From positions 160,001 to 224,000 of the forward strand of contig CM000435.1 of assembly GCA_000165345.1 (NCBI GenBank): DNA of 64,000 nucleotides. The letters are read 5' to 3'. The position numbers and the translations under genes are program-made. Positions 30,682 through 43,700 of the stretch are shown here, one piece after another. The notes below the pieces were generated by a model, which was not told the origin of the DNA, did not search any database, and worked only from the letters and a program-made list of their open reading frames with translations. How positions within the stretch are numbered: the first letter of the stretch is position 1; each line of letters starts with the position of its first letter.

Positions 30682-33207
30682 CTAAGAACCCAACTTAATA
30701 ATTGAGTTACTAACAGCATAAGGTTGTGACATTTGTTTTAAAAAATTTGAAGAAATTGAAACTGCCATATCCGTAGATAAAGTTGAATATTCAGGCTTTA
30801 AATGTTTTAAAATCCAAGGAGGAATCTTTTCCCTCTTGTCTTTTTTATTATACCTTAAATCAGCAAAAATCATAAGTCCATAATCTGCCTTTGACCTAAT
30901 AACACGCCCAACACACTGAGATGCTTGCCTCATTGCATCAAATGTAAGGAATTCGTTTTCCTGAATTCCGTAATTCTCCTTTAGAAAGCTAAGTCTTGAC
31001 TGGAGAATCTTTGATAATGTATACTGGTATGGAATTCCAACCATTACGACACACCTCCCATAATGTCTATCAAAATCGATTCCCTCAGCAACTTTTCCAC
31101 GAGCAATAGAAAAGAATATAGCTCCTCTTCCAATATCGCATGCTTTTCTATAATGATGTAAAGCTAAAGTAGTAGATACAATATCCTTAGTTTCTACAAA
31201 TACTAGCTTATGCTCCATAATTTGTGCCAATAAACCAGATTCATACCATTGAGAAAGCATTTGCTCCATATACAAGTATGAAGAAAAGAAGCAAACTACC
31301 CCATCTGGGACTTTTTTTGTAATTTCTAAAATAAGTTTACCATAATTCTGTTGAATTGAAACGTCAGCTCTGGACTCGAATTTTGATGAAAGAGGTGTCT
31401 GATCTGATCCTCTTGTAACAATCAATGGACAAATGCATGTCCTATCTAAAGTCATTGTTAGACTTTGGCTAACAACAGGAATAAATCCTAATAGTTTTGG
31501 ATAAAGGTCCAAAGGAGAAAGAGTTCCTGATGTTAGAACAATACTCTGGTAACGCTTTAAAATTGGCCTCATAGCAATAGATGAATCTAAACAGCTTAAT
31601 TGTATTACTGGGTCATAAAGTCCAGAAACCTCAGGATAAGGATCCACAATCACAATAAATCCTTTTGAATAACTTCCTAAAATTGTAAAGAATGTACAAA
31701 CTAATTCAAGAGAAGAATATTGATCACTGTCTACTATTCTTAAAGTATTCAACAGAGATCTAAGTCTTTCATCACAGAACTTTAGTAGTCCAGACTGAAT
31801 ATAGCAGGAAGCTTCAATATGTTTGACAAATGTCAGAGGTCCTTCAATTCTAGTTGAATATACTCGAATATACTCCTGCAAATACAGAATAAGTTTCTTC
31901 ATAATTGTAATAAAGTGTTCAGCTCTTCTAATTGATCCAGGAATTAAACCTTTTTTAATCTTTTCCATTTCCTCTGGAAGTACAGGAAACCTTTCAAGAT
32001 CCTCTAATACTGCTTCATCCTGAACTTGTCCAGAGTTTCTAAGACCCTGTATTAATCTTGTATATTCATCTTGTAGCCTCTGTTCATCTAATGAAGAGAG
32101 ACTTTCGATTTCTGATTTCAAAGTTCTTAAGTTACGTGCAGCGCCGCTTAGGATTTGTCTATTCATATTGACAGATAAAGCTTCAATACAAACGTTATCT
32201 ATATTGTGTGCTTCATCAAATACAACAACACTAGGCTCTTTGGTTCCTTCTTGCTCCGGAAGAAGAGAAGCTGCAAATTTGGACCCAAGACTAAGTCCAT
32301 TTGGATTTGCTCCATGGCTGAATCCTTGAGATACTGTTCCACCTCCTAAGAGAGAGGCCTGAGCAACCTTTGGATCTAGAATATATTGGTAATTAAGTAC
32401 GACAACTTTAGCAGTTTGAATGAGCCTTTTAGAAGCAAAGTATGGGCAAAATTGGATTTTCTTTCCCAAAATTGGATGTTCCCAGTTCTTACTAAAGTCT
32501 TTAAATTCATCAATAGTGTAAATCCCTGTAGGAACAAGATCACTGCTCCATACCCTTTCATAAGCTTCATAGTATGGACATAAAGTTGTACATCCAGACT
32601 CCAACATTTCTTCAATATCGGCGATTTCTGTCATTTTTGAAGAATTTGCATCCCCCTCACTCAAAGCACTTCTTTCTCTTGCTTCCATCTGATGTTTTGC
32701 TCTTACCCAAGGAGCTGTCATTGATCTACACATAGAATCAATCTTGTCTCTGTCAGCATGTACCGATACTCTAGGATTGATACACATGTTTCTTCTAGCA
32801 GTCATACCAATTCCCAGTATGGAAGCAGCACTAAAACGAGACTCAGAGACTGACGCAAGAGAGGAATTGTTTTCACTCTTTATTTCTTGCTCTAACTTAA
32901 TCTTATCATTTTCTATTTCCTTCTTACAATAATCAACAACTGTTTTAAGCTCCTGTAGTGCCTTTTCCATTTCAGCCACAGTACGAGTGCAATAAATTAA
33001 CTTACCCATATTGGGATGAACCAACTGATAAGACGTGATAAAAGATAATAAGGTTACCGTTTTACCAGTACCTGTAGGCATTTCAAGAACTCCATGGCTG
33101 TGAGCATCTAGAATCTGCTTCAAGTACTTCATATACTCAAGTTGTTCAGGGTAGACATTATCATATGGAAAGAAAACTTCCAATTCCTCAATAAAAAACC
33201 GAACCAT
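30682..33207 (-). CDS. XPD: TFIIH/NER helicase XPD (ERCC2/Rad3), 841 aa
   Basis: N-terminus MVRFFIEELEVFFPYDNVYPEQLEYMKYLKQILDAHSHGVLEMPTGTGKTVTLLSF parallels XPD (…VYFPYDYIYPEQ…GHGVLEMPSGTGKT…). VVVFDEAHNIDNVCIEALS carries the DEAH box. 4Fe-4S cysteines and the C-terminal helicase motifs are present. Confidence 0.92.
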   Translation of the reverse strand: MVRFFIEELEVFFPYDNVYPEQLEYMKYLKQILDAHSHGVLEMPTGTGKTVTLLSFITSYQLVHPNMGKLIYCTRTVAEMEKALQELKTVVDYCKKEIENDKIKLEQEIKSENNSSLASVSESRFSAASILGIGMTARRNMCINPRVSVHADRDKIDSMCRSMTAPWVRAKHQMEARERSALSEGDANSSKMTEIADIEEMLESGCTTLCPYYEAYERVWSSDLVPTGIYTIDEFKDFSKNWEHPILGKKIQFCPYFASKRLIQTAKVVVLNYQYILDPKVAQASLLGGGTVSQGFSHGANPNGLSLGSKFAASLLPEQEGTKEPSVVVFDEAHNIDNVCIEALSVNMNRQILSGAARNLRTLKSEIESLSSLDEQRLQDEYTRLIQGLRNSGQVQDEAVLEDLERFPVLPEEMEKIKKGLIPGSIRRAEHFITIMKKLILYLQEYIRVYSTRIEGPLTFVKHIEASCYIQSGLLKFCDERLRSLLNTLRIVDSDQYSSLELVCTFFTILGSYSKGFIVIVDPYPEVSGLYDPVIQLSCLDSSIAMRPILKRYQSIVLTSGTLSPLDLYPKLLGFIPVVSQSLTMTLDRTCICPLIVTRGSDQTPLSSKFESRADVSIQQNYGKLILEITKKVPDGVVCFFSSYLYMEQMLSQWYESGLLAQIMEHKLVFVETKDIVSTTLALHHYRKACDIGRGAIFFSIARGKVAEGIDFDRHYGRCVVMVGIPYQYTLSKILQSRLSFLKENYGIQENEFLTFDAMRQASQCVGRVIRSKADYGLMIFADLRYNKKDKREKIPPWILKHLKPEYSTLSTDMAVSISSNFLKQMSQPYAVSNSIIKLGS

Positions 33208-33308
33208 TTCTCATTAAATGAGTGCTCTCCTTATTACGAATGTGAGCAGTCTCTCACTTTCTTGTAATTATCAGCCTATGTTAGCTATGCCTACAATCAG
33301 AAAATAAC

Positions 33309-33320
33309 TTGGCGCCAAAC
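33309..33320. promoter_or_regulatory. Single E2F-like site TTGGCGCCAAAC in the 180-bp divergent spacer between XPD (-) and TGT (+)
   Basis: The only GC-rich element between start codons at 33207 and 33388. Candidate bidirectional promoter element. Confidence 0.45.
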
Positions 33321-33387
33321 CTATATTAGAGAAAACTAAAAATTAAGTCATTTGTATAGAAAATTACAAATAATAGGTTAAAACCAT

Positions 33388-34707
33388 TTGAATTTCATTG
33401 CTTGTAGTTTTATGAGAAACGAGATAAGTAAAGAAAGTAATGAGCCTCACCATGAGGATTCAATGAGCCTTCCTCCTGTACTCCCAATTAAAAAGGGAGA
33501 AGCCTTATCTTTTTACGTAGCTCATAGTTGTGGTAGAGCTAGATATGGAGTATTAAATCTTCCTCATGGAAGAGTGGATACTCCAATATTTATGCCAGTT
33601 GCTACTCATGGATCGATTAAGGGGCTTTCTTCCCTTCAGGTTGAAGAGCTGAATGTACCTATTTTATTGGGAAATGCATACCATTTAGGTAGCAGGCCAG
33701 GAGATGAAATTATTGATAAATTTGGAGGTTTGCATAACTTTATGAGGTGGAACAGGAACATTTTGACTGATAGTGGAGGATTCCAGATGGTTTCTCTTTT
33801 AAAATTTGCTAATATTACAGAAGAAGGAGTCGAATTTAGGCATCCATATACGAATGCAAATTTACTATTCACACCAGAAAAATCTATTCAAGTCCAGAAT
33901 GCAATAGGAGCTGATATAATTATGCAGCTTGACGATGTAATCACTGCCAAATCTACAGATTATCAAAGATTTGATGAAGCAGTTGATAGAACGACACGAT
34001 GGTTGGATCGTTGTATAAAAGCTCACAAAAAACCTGATAAACAAAATTTGTTTGCAATTGTACAAGGAGGAATTTTTAAAGATCTTAGGGAAAGATCTCT
34101 GAAAAGTCTTAAGGAAAGAAATACTCCAGGATACGCAATTGGAGGTCTTTCTGGAGGCGAAAGCAAAGACAGTTTCTGGCAAATAATTGAGTTATGTACC
34201 AGATCTGGTGTTGGACTTCCTGAAAATAAACCAAGATACGTTATGGGAGTTGGATATCCTATTGATATTTTAGTTTGTGTAGCACTAGGAGCTGATATGT
34301 TTGATTGTGTATATCCCTGTAGAACTGCAAGGTTTGGAACAGCTATGGTTCACAATGGACTACTCAAACTAAAATTAAGTAAATACAAGGATGACGCAAG
34401 ACCAATCGATTCCAGATGTAAATGCTACTGCTGTAAGCATTACTCCAGAGCTGCACTATATAGAATTGTCCTTAAAGATTCGCTTGCATGTCAACTTATG
34501 ACGATCCATAATATATCTTTCATGATGGAGTTTTGCAATGATATGAGAAACGCAATTAAAAACCAAACTTTTGGAGAATACTGCAAGTCATTTGTGAGAA
34601 ATTACTATTCGTCTACTGAATTAGATCACTTAAGTGATTTAGAAAAAAAAGAAGGTATCCCAAAATGGGTTGTTGATGCTTTTAAATATATTGATATTCA
34701 TTTATAA
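33388..34707 (+). CDS. QTRT1: Queuine tRNA-ribosyltransferase catalytic subunit (TGT/QTRT1), 439 aa
   Basis: LPHGRVDTPIFMPVATHGSIKG, LGNAYHLGSRPG, LTDSGGFQMVSL, the GG-rich substrate pocket and the zinc site CKCYCCKHY...H all match TGT family hallmarks. Confidence 0.9.
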   Translation: MNFIACSFMRNEISKESNEPHHEDSMSLPPVLPIKKGEALSFYVAHSCGRARYGVLNLPHGRVDTPIFMPVATHGSIKGLSSLQVEELNVPILLGNAYHLGSRPGDEIIDKFGGLHNFMRWNRNILTDSGGFQMVSLLKFANITEEGVEFRHPYTNANLLFTPEKSIQVQNAIGADIIMQLDDVITAKSTDYQRFDEAVDRTTRWLDRCIKAHKKPDKQNLFAIVQGGIFKDLRERSLKSLKERNTPGYAIGGLSGGESKDSFWQIIELCTRSGVGLPENKPRYVMGVGYPIDILVCVALGADMFDCVYPCRTARFGTAMVHNGLLKLKLSKYKDDARPIDSRCKCYCCKHYSRAALYRIVLKDSLACQLMTIHNISFMMEFCNDMRNAIKNQTFGEYCKSFVRNYYSSTELDHLSDLEKKEGIPKWVVDAFKYIDIHL

Positions 34708-34911
34708 ATTGCAATAAGCATCAGTATTACACTATTTATAAAGGTATTGGCTATCTAATATTTAACGTATATTACTAATTCTAGAAAAGGTTTACAGGGT
34801 CATTCATTAACATTAGTTTTTCTTTTTTTTTTAGCTCGATTATTATTTCCACATGAAATATGTATTATTTTTCTATTACCGGTGTTTATTTTTAATTATT
34901 TAAAAAATGTT

Positions 34912-34994
34912 TGCATGTATTAAATGTGCATGCAACTGCTATTTAAACCCAATTGCATGTGGACAATTAATAATTAAGAAAAAGTTGCATGCAG
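34912..34994. promoter_or_regulatory. Cluster of GCATGC-type boxes (TTGCATGT, GTGCATGCAA, TTGCATGTGG, TTGCATGCAG), 270-350 bp upstream of the Patched-like gene
   Basis: Four (T)GCATG(C/T) boxes within about 80 bp. TTACCGGTG at 34877-34885. Confidence 0.4.
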
Positions 34995-35259
34995 TAAAAT
35001 TTGACAGAAAGTAGTTTAAATAAAAAAAAATTTTTTTCTGTTATGAAAGAATAAAAAAAATAGTTTTTAAGCTATAAAGTATCAAAGAATAGAGTCATAA
35101 TTGGCTTGGATTATTTATGAATAGGAGAAATTAAATAATCTGACTATATAATAAAAATTAAGAAAATCATTAATAGGTTAAACAAATTTTCACATGAAAT
35201 AATAGGGGATAACGTCATTTTATGTAAAGGAAATCTCTTGAAAAAGAAAGGTTTCTCAA

Positions 35260-38200
35260 ATGAGTGAATCAAATGTATCAAATAATACAGAGAATAAAGG
35301 GAAAAACAATGGAGATGACGTTGGGGTATATGTTCATTCTGAGTCAGATTTGACTAGCTTTGCGAGAGAAAATATAAACTTTGCAACTAAAGATGATGAA
35401 AATAAGCCAGAGAGAATGATAAAGGGTTCTCAGAGTAGCTTTCCAACAATAAAGTCGACAATAGAAAAGATTAAAATGCCAGCTAAGCTACTCCAAAAGT
35501 GTGTGGACGTAATATTCCATGGGAGATGGAAAATGATAACTTTGAACTACTTTGAAAGATTTTTCATGGTTTATTCGAGATTTGTATTCAGGCATTCAAT
35601 GGCAGTAATTATCGCAGTGACATTAATTTGCCTTTTTTTGGGTATAGGTAAGTTTATTTTATAAGAACTAAAAGCCTGAAGAAGGCTTGTACGCATTGTT
35701 AGAATATATAATTCGTTTCTAGGCCATTTATTTAGACATCCTGTCGAGGATTCTGAAAGACAATTTGCTCTCCCTCATAGCAAGGCAAAAAATGACGAGA
35801 ATTTTTATAATTTAGCATTTCCAGGTGCAAGAACAAGACATGAGATTGTGATTTTCAAGGCGATTAGTGGTGGTTCAGTTATTACGAATGAAAACTTGCA
35901 TATAATGAAAAGCTTTCATGAGGGCTTAATGAATTTAACTTTTACACTTGATGAAACTGAGGCAAAGGAGCTATTAGAAGCATATAATGAGCTTAGAAAT
36001 AGTACATCTTCAAAGCAAAGAGCCACAGAAGAGAATCACTTAAACCAAACCACTTCAGAAGAGGGAGGTCACTTAAGAAGCATTCTAGAAAGTCCAATAG
36101 TAAAAATGAATAGTATTGAAGAATATGAATTAATAAAAAGGAAGCTGATCCCTGGTCAGAAGTTTGGCTTTGGAGCAAAAAGGAACTTTAATAAGAATAA
36201 ATTTGGGCAAAATAATCATAGTCAGAACAGCACTCGTAATGATTCCAATATTCAGTCTAAAAAGAAAGAGAATGAAAAACACTATTTAGATACAGAAATG
36301 TTTACAGGAAATGATTATATTGCACCACAAATTGTTGAAGAAAAGGATTCATCAGGAAAAATTGTGAAAAAGTATAAATTTAATTTCAGTCATGTTTGTG
36401 CGAGAGTTCAAGGTGGCTCATGTAGACGTCCATCTGGGATTTTATGGATGTATAAAGATACAAAAGATTTTGGGAAACCCATCCCAGCTCCTTATGTAAT
36501 TAATACACTAACTTATCAATCTTTTAGAACTGATATGTGGCTTTCACCAATAGGAATGGAACATGAAAAGAAGACTGATCATGTAAAGGCATCTAGGGCA
36601 GCAATTCTTGAATACCAACTTTCAGATCAAGATAAAATGAAGAGGTTTTCATTCAGATGGGAAGAACAATTCATGAAATACTGTGAAAAAGTGCAGAGAA
36701 GGTTACAAAAAGGTGATTATGGGGATGATTTAAGAGATGGGTCCAATTTCTTAGCATTTACTAATGAATTAGATGTTCATTCGCAAGCACATACAACTAA
36801 TAACAACATTAAGAAAAAGAATGACACTGAACATATCCAAAATGATGATTTGGTTTTTGATGAATTGGATGATATTTATATTGCAGAAACCGAAAGGGTT
36901 CATATAAAAAATAATACAGGGCATGAACAATTATCATATACAATTCCAAATATTAAGAGAATAAATAAAGGAGCAACCAAATACTTATTTAAAGGAGATA
37001 CTGCTAATGCTCCACTATCAATATTTTATAATGCAAGAAGAGCTCTTAGTGATGAACTCACAGAACAGACTTATATACATACTCCAAAAGATTTTGCAAT
37101 CATTGGCTCTCTTGTTGTTATACTACTCATTTATGGTTGGACTGTTGGATATGGAAGCAATATATATACTTCAAGAGCAACTAGTGGAGTTTGTGGTGCT
37201 ATTGCAGCCTTATTGGCATTTATTGGAGGAGCTGGATTATGTTATTTAGCAGGCTTGGAACATACATCAACTGCATCAGCTGCTCCATTTCTAGTACTTG
37301 GAGTTGGTATGGACGATTCTTTTGTTGTAATTAACTCATTTAATATGACGTATCCATTAAAGAATGCTGAAGATAGGATTGTTTCAGCTGTCAGAGACTG
37401 TGGTCTATCTATTTCTCTTACAACTTTGACTAACTTATTATCATTTGCAATTGGGACATCTGCAGGATATTTAGCAATCAAGAATTTCTGTATTTTAACT
37501 TTTGTTGGATTATTATTTGGTTACATAACTTGTCTAACGATATTATTGGGAGTGCTTTGTATAGATGCACGGCTTGAAGAGAAAAAGATGATAAAAATTT
37601 TTGGAAGAGAATTCTTTGCAAATCGTAAACATCCAGATCCACTTGTTCCTGAAATGGAAATACCAGTTGAGAAGTTCTCCACTGTAGCTCTAATTGGATT
37701 TTTAGTTTCTCAATATAAACATTTTAATGATTCAAAGGTGAATACTCAAGAATTAATTTTGATAGAAAATGAATCTTCTATTGGAAAGAATATTGATCCT
37801 AATGAAATTCAGGTATCAAAAATTACAAATAATTTTGAGGATGCATCAATAAACAGCCCAATAGACGAGGAAGAGATTATTGTTAAAGCTGGCCAAATTA
37901 ATGTTTTATATAAGAGTAAGGCTTCTGTAAGTGAAGAGCAAACACAAAATACTACTTACATGAATAATTCAGGGTCCCCAAGTACCTTGTTTAGTAATAA
38001 AACATCATCAATTCAGTCAAAAGAAAATATATTTGAAGCCCAAAGAAAATTACATTCAAATTTAGGATCTGAGAAATACTTGGAAAATGATCACAAAGAC
38101 TTATCAAATAATTTTAATTCTTCTAATCAAATTGATAAATTGAAGGATAAACTAATAAGCATTTCCAAATCAGAAAAAAGTAATTCAAGATCTAGTAAAA

Positions 38201-39900
38201 AGAAGAATGAACATAATAAAGCTAAACATGAAAACCAATCTCAAGGAAAAAAATTGATCCCAAATTTCGCTGATATTCTAGATACGAGATTACTTAATTA
38301 CAAAAGAGGAAGATCTAATGCTCATAGTTCTATTCAACTCACTGAGAATATTGAAGTTTCTGATTATACTGCGGAACAACTTAAAAAAGATAAAGGAATG
38401 GTTTCAAAAAGCCAAACTGAAAGTTCGTTGTTAAGTTCTCCAAATTCGGGAGGGTCATATTTCTCAGAAAGCAAACTTCAACTAACTAATTCCGACTTTA
38501 CATCCTCAAGTTCTTCATCAGAATCTGAAACCAGCTCATCAGGGTCTGAATTAACCGTTTTCCCAATGGAAGCAAAACAAAATATTGGTCGAAAAAGTCG
38601 AAGATTTGTAATTAAATATTATGCGACTTTTCTTACAATGACTTCAACAAGAGTGATTATACTCATCCTAGCATCGATCTTCCTAGCTGTCTCAATCTAT
38701 TCTTCAATCAAGCTTAAAATGGGACTTGACTTAAAGGTTTTAGCTCCTCCAAGTTCCCAGGTTTACAAGTTTTATGTTAACCATGAGCAATTATTCAATA
38801 AGTACGGAGATGTCACATATATGATGTTTCAGGCTACACAAAAGTTAGGAGACAATAATAATAGTAATAACAATAACTGGTGGGAAGAATCATTTATTCG
38901 TGATTACAAAGAATTACAAACAAAGATACATGATTCTTGGTTTACCGAAATTAAACTTGATGGTATGGTTGCTTTCTATGATTCTTTATTAATTAAAGGA
39001 CTCCCAAAGAATTCTGTCGAATATTCAAAGATGCTTAAAGCATTTATTAGTTCCCCATACAATCGTCACTTTGAAGATGATTTTGTTTTTAATCAAAATA
39101 CTGGAGAATTAGAGGCTTGGAGGTCTGTATTGATTCCAATTTATCTTCCGGATACCTCTGTTAGAGGAAAGTATATGACTGATATAAGAAAGATTATGGG
39201 ATCTGTACCAGGAGTGAAAAATCCAATTGCTTACAGCCCCTTGTTTATATTTTATGAAAGTGACGTATCCATACTTCCTCAAACATTATATAATATGGGA
39301 TGTGCTTTAATTGCAGTTTTACTTGTAAGTTTCATATTTATTAATTATAAAAACAATTTATCTCATTAAATTTTAATCTTCAGGCTTCTTTAATATTAAT
39401 GCCAAGTATATCTTCAGTTATTATTGTTATTATTATTCTATGTATGGTGGATGTATGTATTATTGGAATGATGGCACAATGGGGGCTTCAGTTAAACATG
39501 CTTACAATGGTTAATTTGATTATGTCTATTGGTATTTCTGTTGATTATTCTACCCATATTTGCCATTGTTTTGCTCATTGTTCTGGTAAAGATAGAAATA
39601 CAAGAGTTATTGAGACTTTGGGTAAGTTTTAAGAAATGCAAATTATTACTATAAATATTACTAAATCTCTTTTTAACTTAAGGATTAATGGGAATTCCAA
39701 TTTTCCACGGTGCAATGTCAACTCAATTTGCAGTAACTGTATTGGCATTTTCAGATTCATATGTACTTCAGACATTCTACAAAATGATGACTTTGGTTGT
39801 TTGTATTGGAATTTGTTATGGAGCTATTATTCTTCCAGTTATTCTTACAGTTTTTGGTCCAATGGATGTTATTAAATACACTAAAGCTGAACATAAATAA
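35260..39900 (+). CDS. Patched/NPC1-family (RND-type) membrane protein with a sterol-sensing domain, 4 exons: join(35260..35647, 35723..39324, 39384..39621, 39683..39900)
   Basis: The SSD core is ...GVCGAIAALLAFIGGAGLCYLAGLEHTSTASAAPFLVLGVGMDDSFVVINSF... (GxDD motif). The C-terminal transporter half is ...MAQWGLQLNMLTMVNLIMSIGISVDYSTHICHCF... and ...GIPIFHGAMSTQFAVTVLAFSDSYVLQTFY...ILPVILTVFGP. Three GTAAGT donors (35648, 39325, 39622) and TAG/CAG/AAG acceptors (35722, 39383, 39682) join the four listed ORFs in frame; phases checked by codon counting. Confidence 0.65.
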
Positions 39901-40466
39901 TTTATTACAACAGAAATGTTCAATATTAGACACCTTTGGGGAGGCTTCAATTTTCATTTATTTTTTTTTTATTATTATTCACCAAGTAAGATTGAATAAT
40001 AATTTTGATTCATTCAAATATTTGAACAAAAGTATAGCAATTAAAGATTAATCACTTTATTTTTTAAGACTAATATTGATTTCCTGGCCTATTCTGATAT
40101 CTATATCTTATACCGTCTAATGATTAATATACAATGGGTATTTAAGTAATTGTAAACGAACAAGTAAAACTCATTTTTTAATAGTAAATCAAAAGATATA
40201 ATCTATAACATGCTAATTTAAACATTAAGTAATATTTTTTAAATTACATGCAATAAAATAATATTTTTCAAAGCTTATTCCAGAAAATTTAATTATATTA
40301 AATTTCCAAGATAATTATTATGGATAAAAAAAAAACATAATTGTCAAAGATAGTACCAAAGCTAGTATAAAGGTGATAAATTGAATGGAATAATGCACAT
40401 TTGTTTAACAAAAACTTCGATCTGACAATATCTACATATTCAGATTTAAAAATGATTTTTTAACTA

Positions 40467-40507
40467 TATACCGGTAATTAATTCAAATGCATCAGCGCGC
40501 CAAAAGA
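40467..40507. promoter_or_regulatory. TATACCGGTA box plus E2F-like variant CAGCGCGCCAAAAG upstream of the UTP10 gene
   Basis: TATACCGGTA at 40467-40476 and GCGCGCCAAAAG at 40496-40507, 225-265 bp upstream of ATG 40731. Confidence 0.35.
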
Positions 40508-40730
40508 GGTATCGAGAATTTTATAAATGTCAATAAAAAACTGGAAAATAGATTATATTTTTCTTTTCAATATATTTTTTAAATAAGAATAAAGAAAAGT
40601 AGAAGCTTAAACAGGTAATAAAGAAGAAGTATCTCTTTTGAGTCTTTGTTAAGAATTAGAGTTTTATGAGTAATTACCAATACAAAAAAATTAAGTATTA
40701 GAGGTGAAAGGAAGAAAATAATATATTATA

Positions 40731-43700
40731 ATGTCTACAGAGTTACAGAAACAGATAAATTTTCAGTTAAGAAACAATGAATTAACTTTCTTATCTCAGA
40801 GGGCTCTGAAAGTGAACAGAAACAAAAAAGAAAGAATTTCTTTTCTTTTTGATACTAGTAATACAGAATTTCATTCAAGAAAGGGACTTAAACCTGATAA
40901 TAGGATCCCAATTTATGAAGATCTTGGAAGATTAAGATACCTTGCTGAACAGGGACTCATGGAGTTAGAGTCTCTAAATCCAAGAATTTCTCATGAATCT
41001 TTTAATGAATTTTTTGAGAATACTGATGTTCCTTCAATTCAAATGTTGACAAAACAAGAAGCTGGTGAGATGTTAAGAAAGTTGGAAAGATTAATAGATT
41101 TTTTGGTACCTTATTTTCTATTGGAATCTGCAAAAATTTGCATAGAGTATTTAATTCAGGCTTATGATATCAATGTTTTATTGGGTGAATATCTTTTTTA
41201 CTCTTTTCTGCCCTACCACGATATGGCAGAATTTTGTCAATTAATTAGAACTTTGGATATACCAGAAAACAGTGAGATCAAAGGTTTGGTTGACTCAATT
41301 AAGACAACAAGAACCGTAATCACTTCTAGAAGTTATCTTTCTTCAATTTTAATCAGAAATCCAGCTTTGTTTAAGAATATTGTCATATTTTGGGAGAAAA
41401 GATTAGAAACATTTCAATTAACTAAGAATATACCATTAACTAACTTAATAACTTGGTTAGTTATTGAAATTATTGAGGACTTATCCAGATCTAAAGATTT
41501 AAAGAATCTTCATATTTTTCTTGAAAGTATTATTGAAATTATTATTTTTGGTACTTGTTTAAAAGGATCTCAATATGAAGAGTTAAGATCTACAGGATAT
41601 TGTATACTATATAAATTATCAACACCTCTTCTTTCTCTCTCAAATGAAACTCAGGTTAGAATTATTGATGAACTTTTCAAATCTATTTCAAGAAATCAAA
41701 CATATTCACCAAATTACCTTTCTGAGACAATTCTATTAATGAATCATATCTTAACTCAATTTGGAACTTTGACTCATTATGAATATTTAGATCATGAAAT
41801 ATCTGAATTTATTATAGAGAATCAAGCTATTTTTATCAGTGCTTTTAAACAATTATCAGAATGGGAAAGTGATTTTCTACAAATCCTTGCTTTGATTACT
41901 AAATCGATCATCAATTTTGGGGTTAATCAAGATCAAAGTTTTTCAAGACCTTGTCTTAACTTTTTTGAAAGTATCTTAAATTGTTTAGGGAATTCATCTT
42001 CCCTATTATTAATGGATGAAAGACAATCTAAAATGATTAAAGTTATTATTCTAAGCTTAATAGACGTTTACTCTCAAGATCAAATTCAAAATCCATTTTT
42101 TGGAAATATTATTAAAATTCTTCATACAAATTATCCATCTGAACTACTTTCTGCTCTCAGCTTTTCTTTAAATGTTTCTTCATCTCCACAATCACAATTA
42201 TTTGAACTTAAAGAAAAGGCTCAAATGTTTGTGGATATTGTTCTTAAAGAAGAAGAAGAAGCAAAAAGTGATTCTGGTATATTACAATCTAAAGAAGGAG
42301 AAAGTTCACGTATGTTCTTAACTTTACTAAATAGTCAAGACAAATCAGTATTAAATTCTTGTTTGGATATGATTATCAATTTGATAAAGAAATCTTCAAA
42401 GAATCCCAGTGAAATAACTCAATTTGAGAAGAGAGTATTTGAATTATCATTAAGACATTTCCTCGGTTCCTTTAATGATGAAAGTGGTAAACAAAATAAC
42501 TTTGGCGAGGAATATGCTTTAAAAATTTTAAGCTTACCTCAAACAATCGAAATTTCAAAATTTTTAGATCTTGAAGATATCCCGTCTCAAGATCAAGGCC
42601 ATCGTGATCTCCAAAAACAATGGAGAGTTAATTTGATTTTTAAGAGTTTTCTATTTTATTTTAAATCCAAAATAACATCAGGATATTCTACTCTTATAAA
42701 ATATTTTTCAAAAGAAATTTCATCCGAATTAAACTTGAAGGATCATCAAAATGGTAACTTTAATATTGAAGCTATGATTATGGAATCTACATTTTCTCAT
42801 ATATTTGGTCAAAATTTTGAGACAAATCTTATGGATTTATTTAAAAGTTTTTCTATTATTCTTGAAAATGATACTTTTGAGCTGAAGAATCAAATGAATA
42901 ATTTGGATGTAATTCTAATGGAGAATTCAGATATCTTTATTCCTCTATTCACCTTAATTTCACATGAAAATCTTTCATTTTCTCAAGATCTCAAAAAATC
43001 TTCAACTAGATTACTTGCTTTAATGTATAAGAATGATCAAATCAATACCTATTTTAAGCAAATCCTATTTAAATCAAGCGTAAACTGTTTGGAAATTTCT
43101 TTAATCTTATTATCACTGAAGAAGCTTAATTTAGATCTTAGATCTAGTTATCTCCTACCTAACCACTCATTTTCAAAGTTTGGAATTTATTTAAATAATG
43201 ATCAAGAAATTATCAGTCTATTGGAAACTTTATATTACAAATTTTACTATTATATCAGTTCCGCAATAAGACCACTCAAGAATGATAAAAAAATATCCAA
43301 TCAATTAGTTGGTATTTATATTTTAATTATATTCAGATCTACTTTACAAATTGTCTCATCTAGACGAGATCATTTCATTTTATATTATAAATTATTGAAT
43401 ATTTCCTTGGTGGATACTTTAGATATTGGAATTCTTTCAACAAATCATTTGGGATTACCATTGTTTCAAATGATTAATTCTTGTTTTGATTCTAATAATG
43501 AAAAAAAGAATAAAAAGATCTCAATTTTGGTTATCAATCTTACAAGGAACTTATTCAACATTTTGTCTCAAAGTGGGTCAGCATCATTTAATTTAGATTA
43601 TCTTAATAATGATCAATCATATTCAATATTTTATGGAAAGAATGTATATTTAGATACATTAATAAGTCATAGTTATTCTTTTCTGGAAATAATTACTTCA

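Noticed and set aside
35260-39900. Four separate ORFs (35260..35664, 35848..39369, 39399..39632, 39688..39900) as four genes
   Set aside because: They join in frame through three consensus introns into one Patched-family protein. They are not separate genes.
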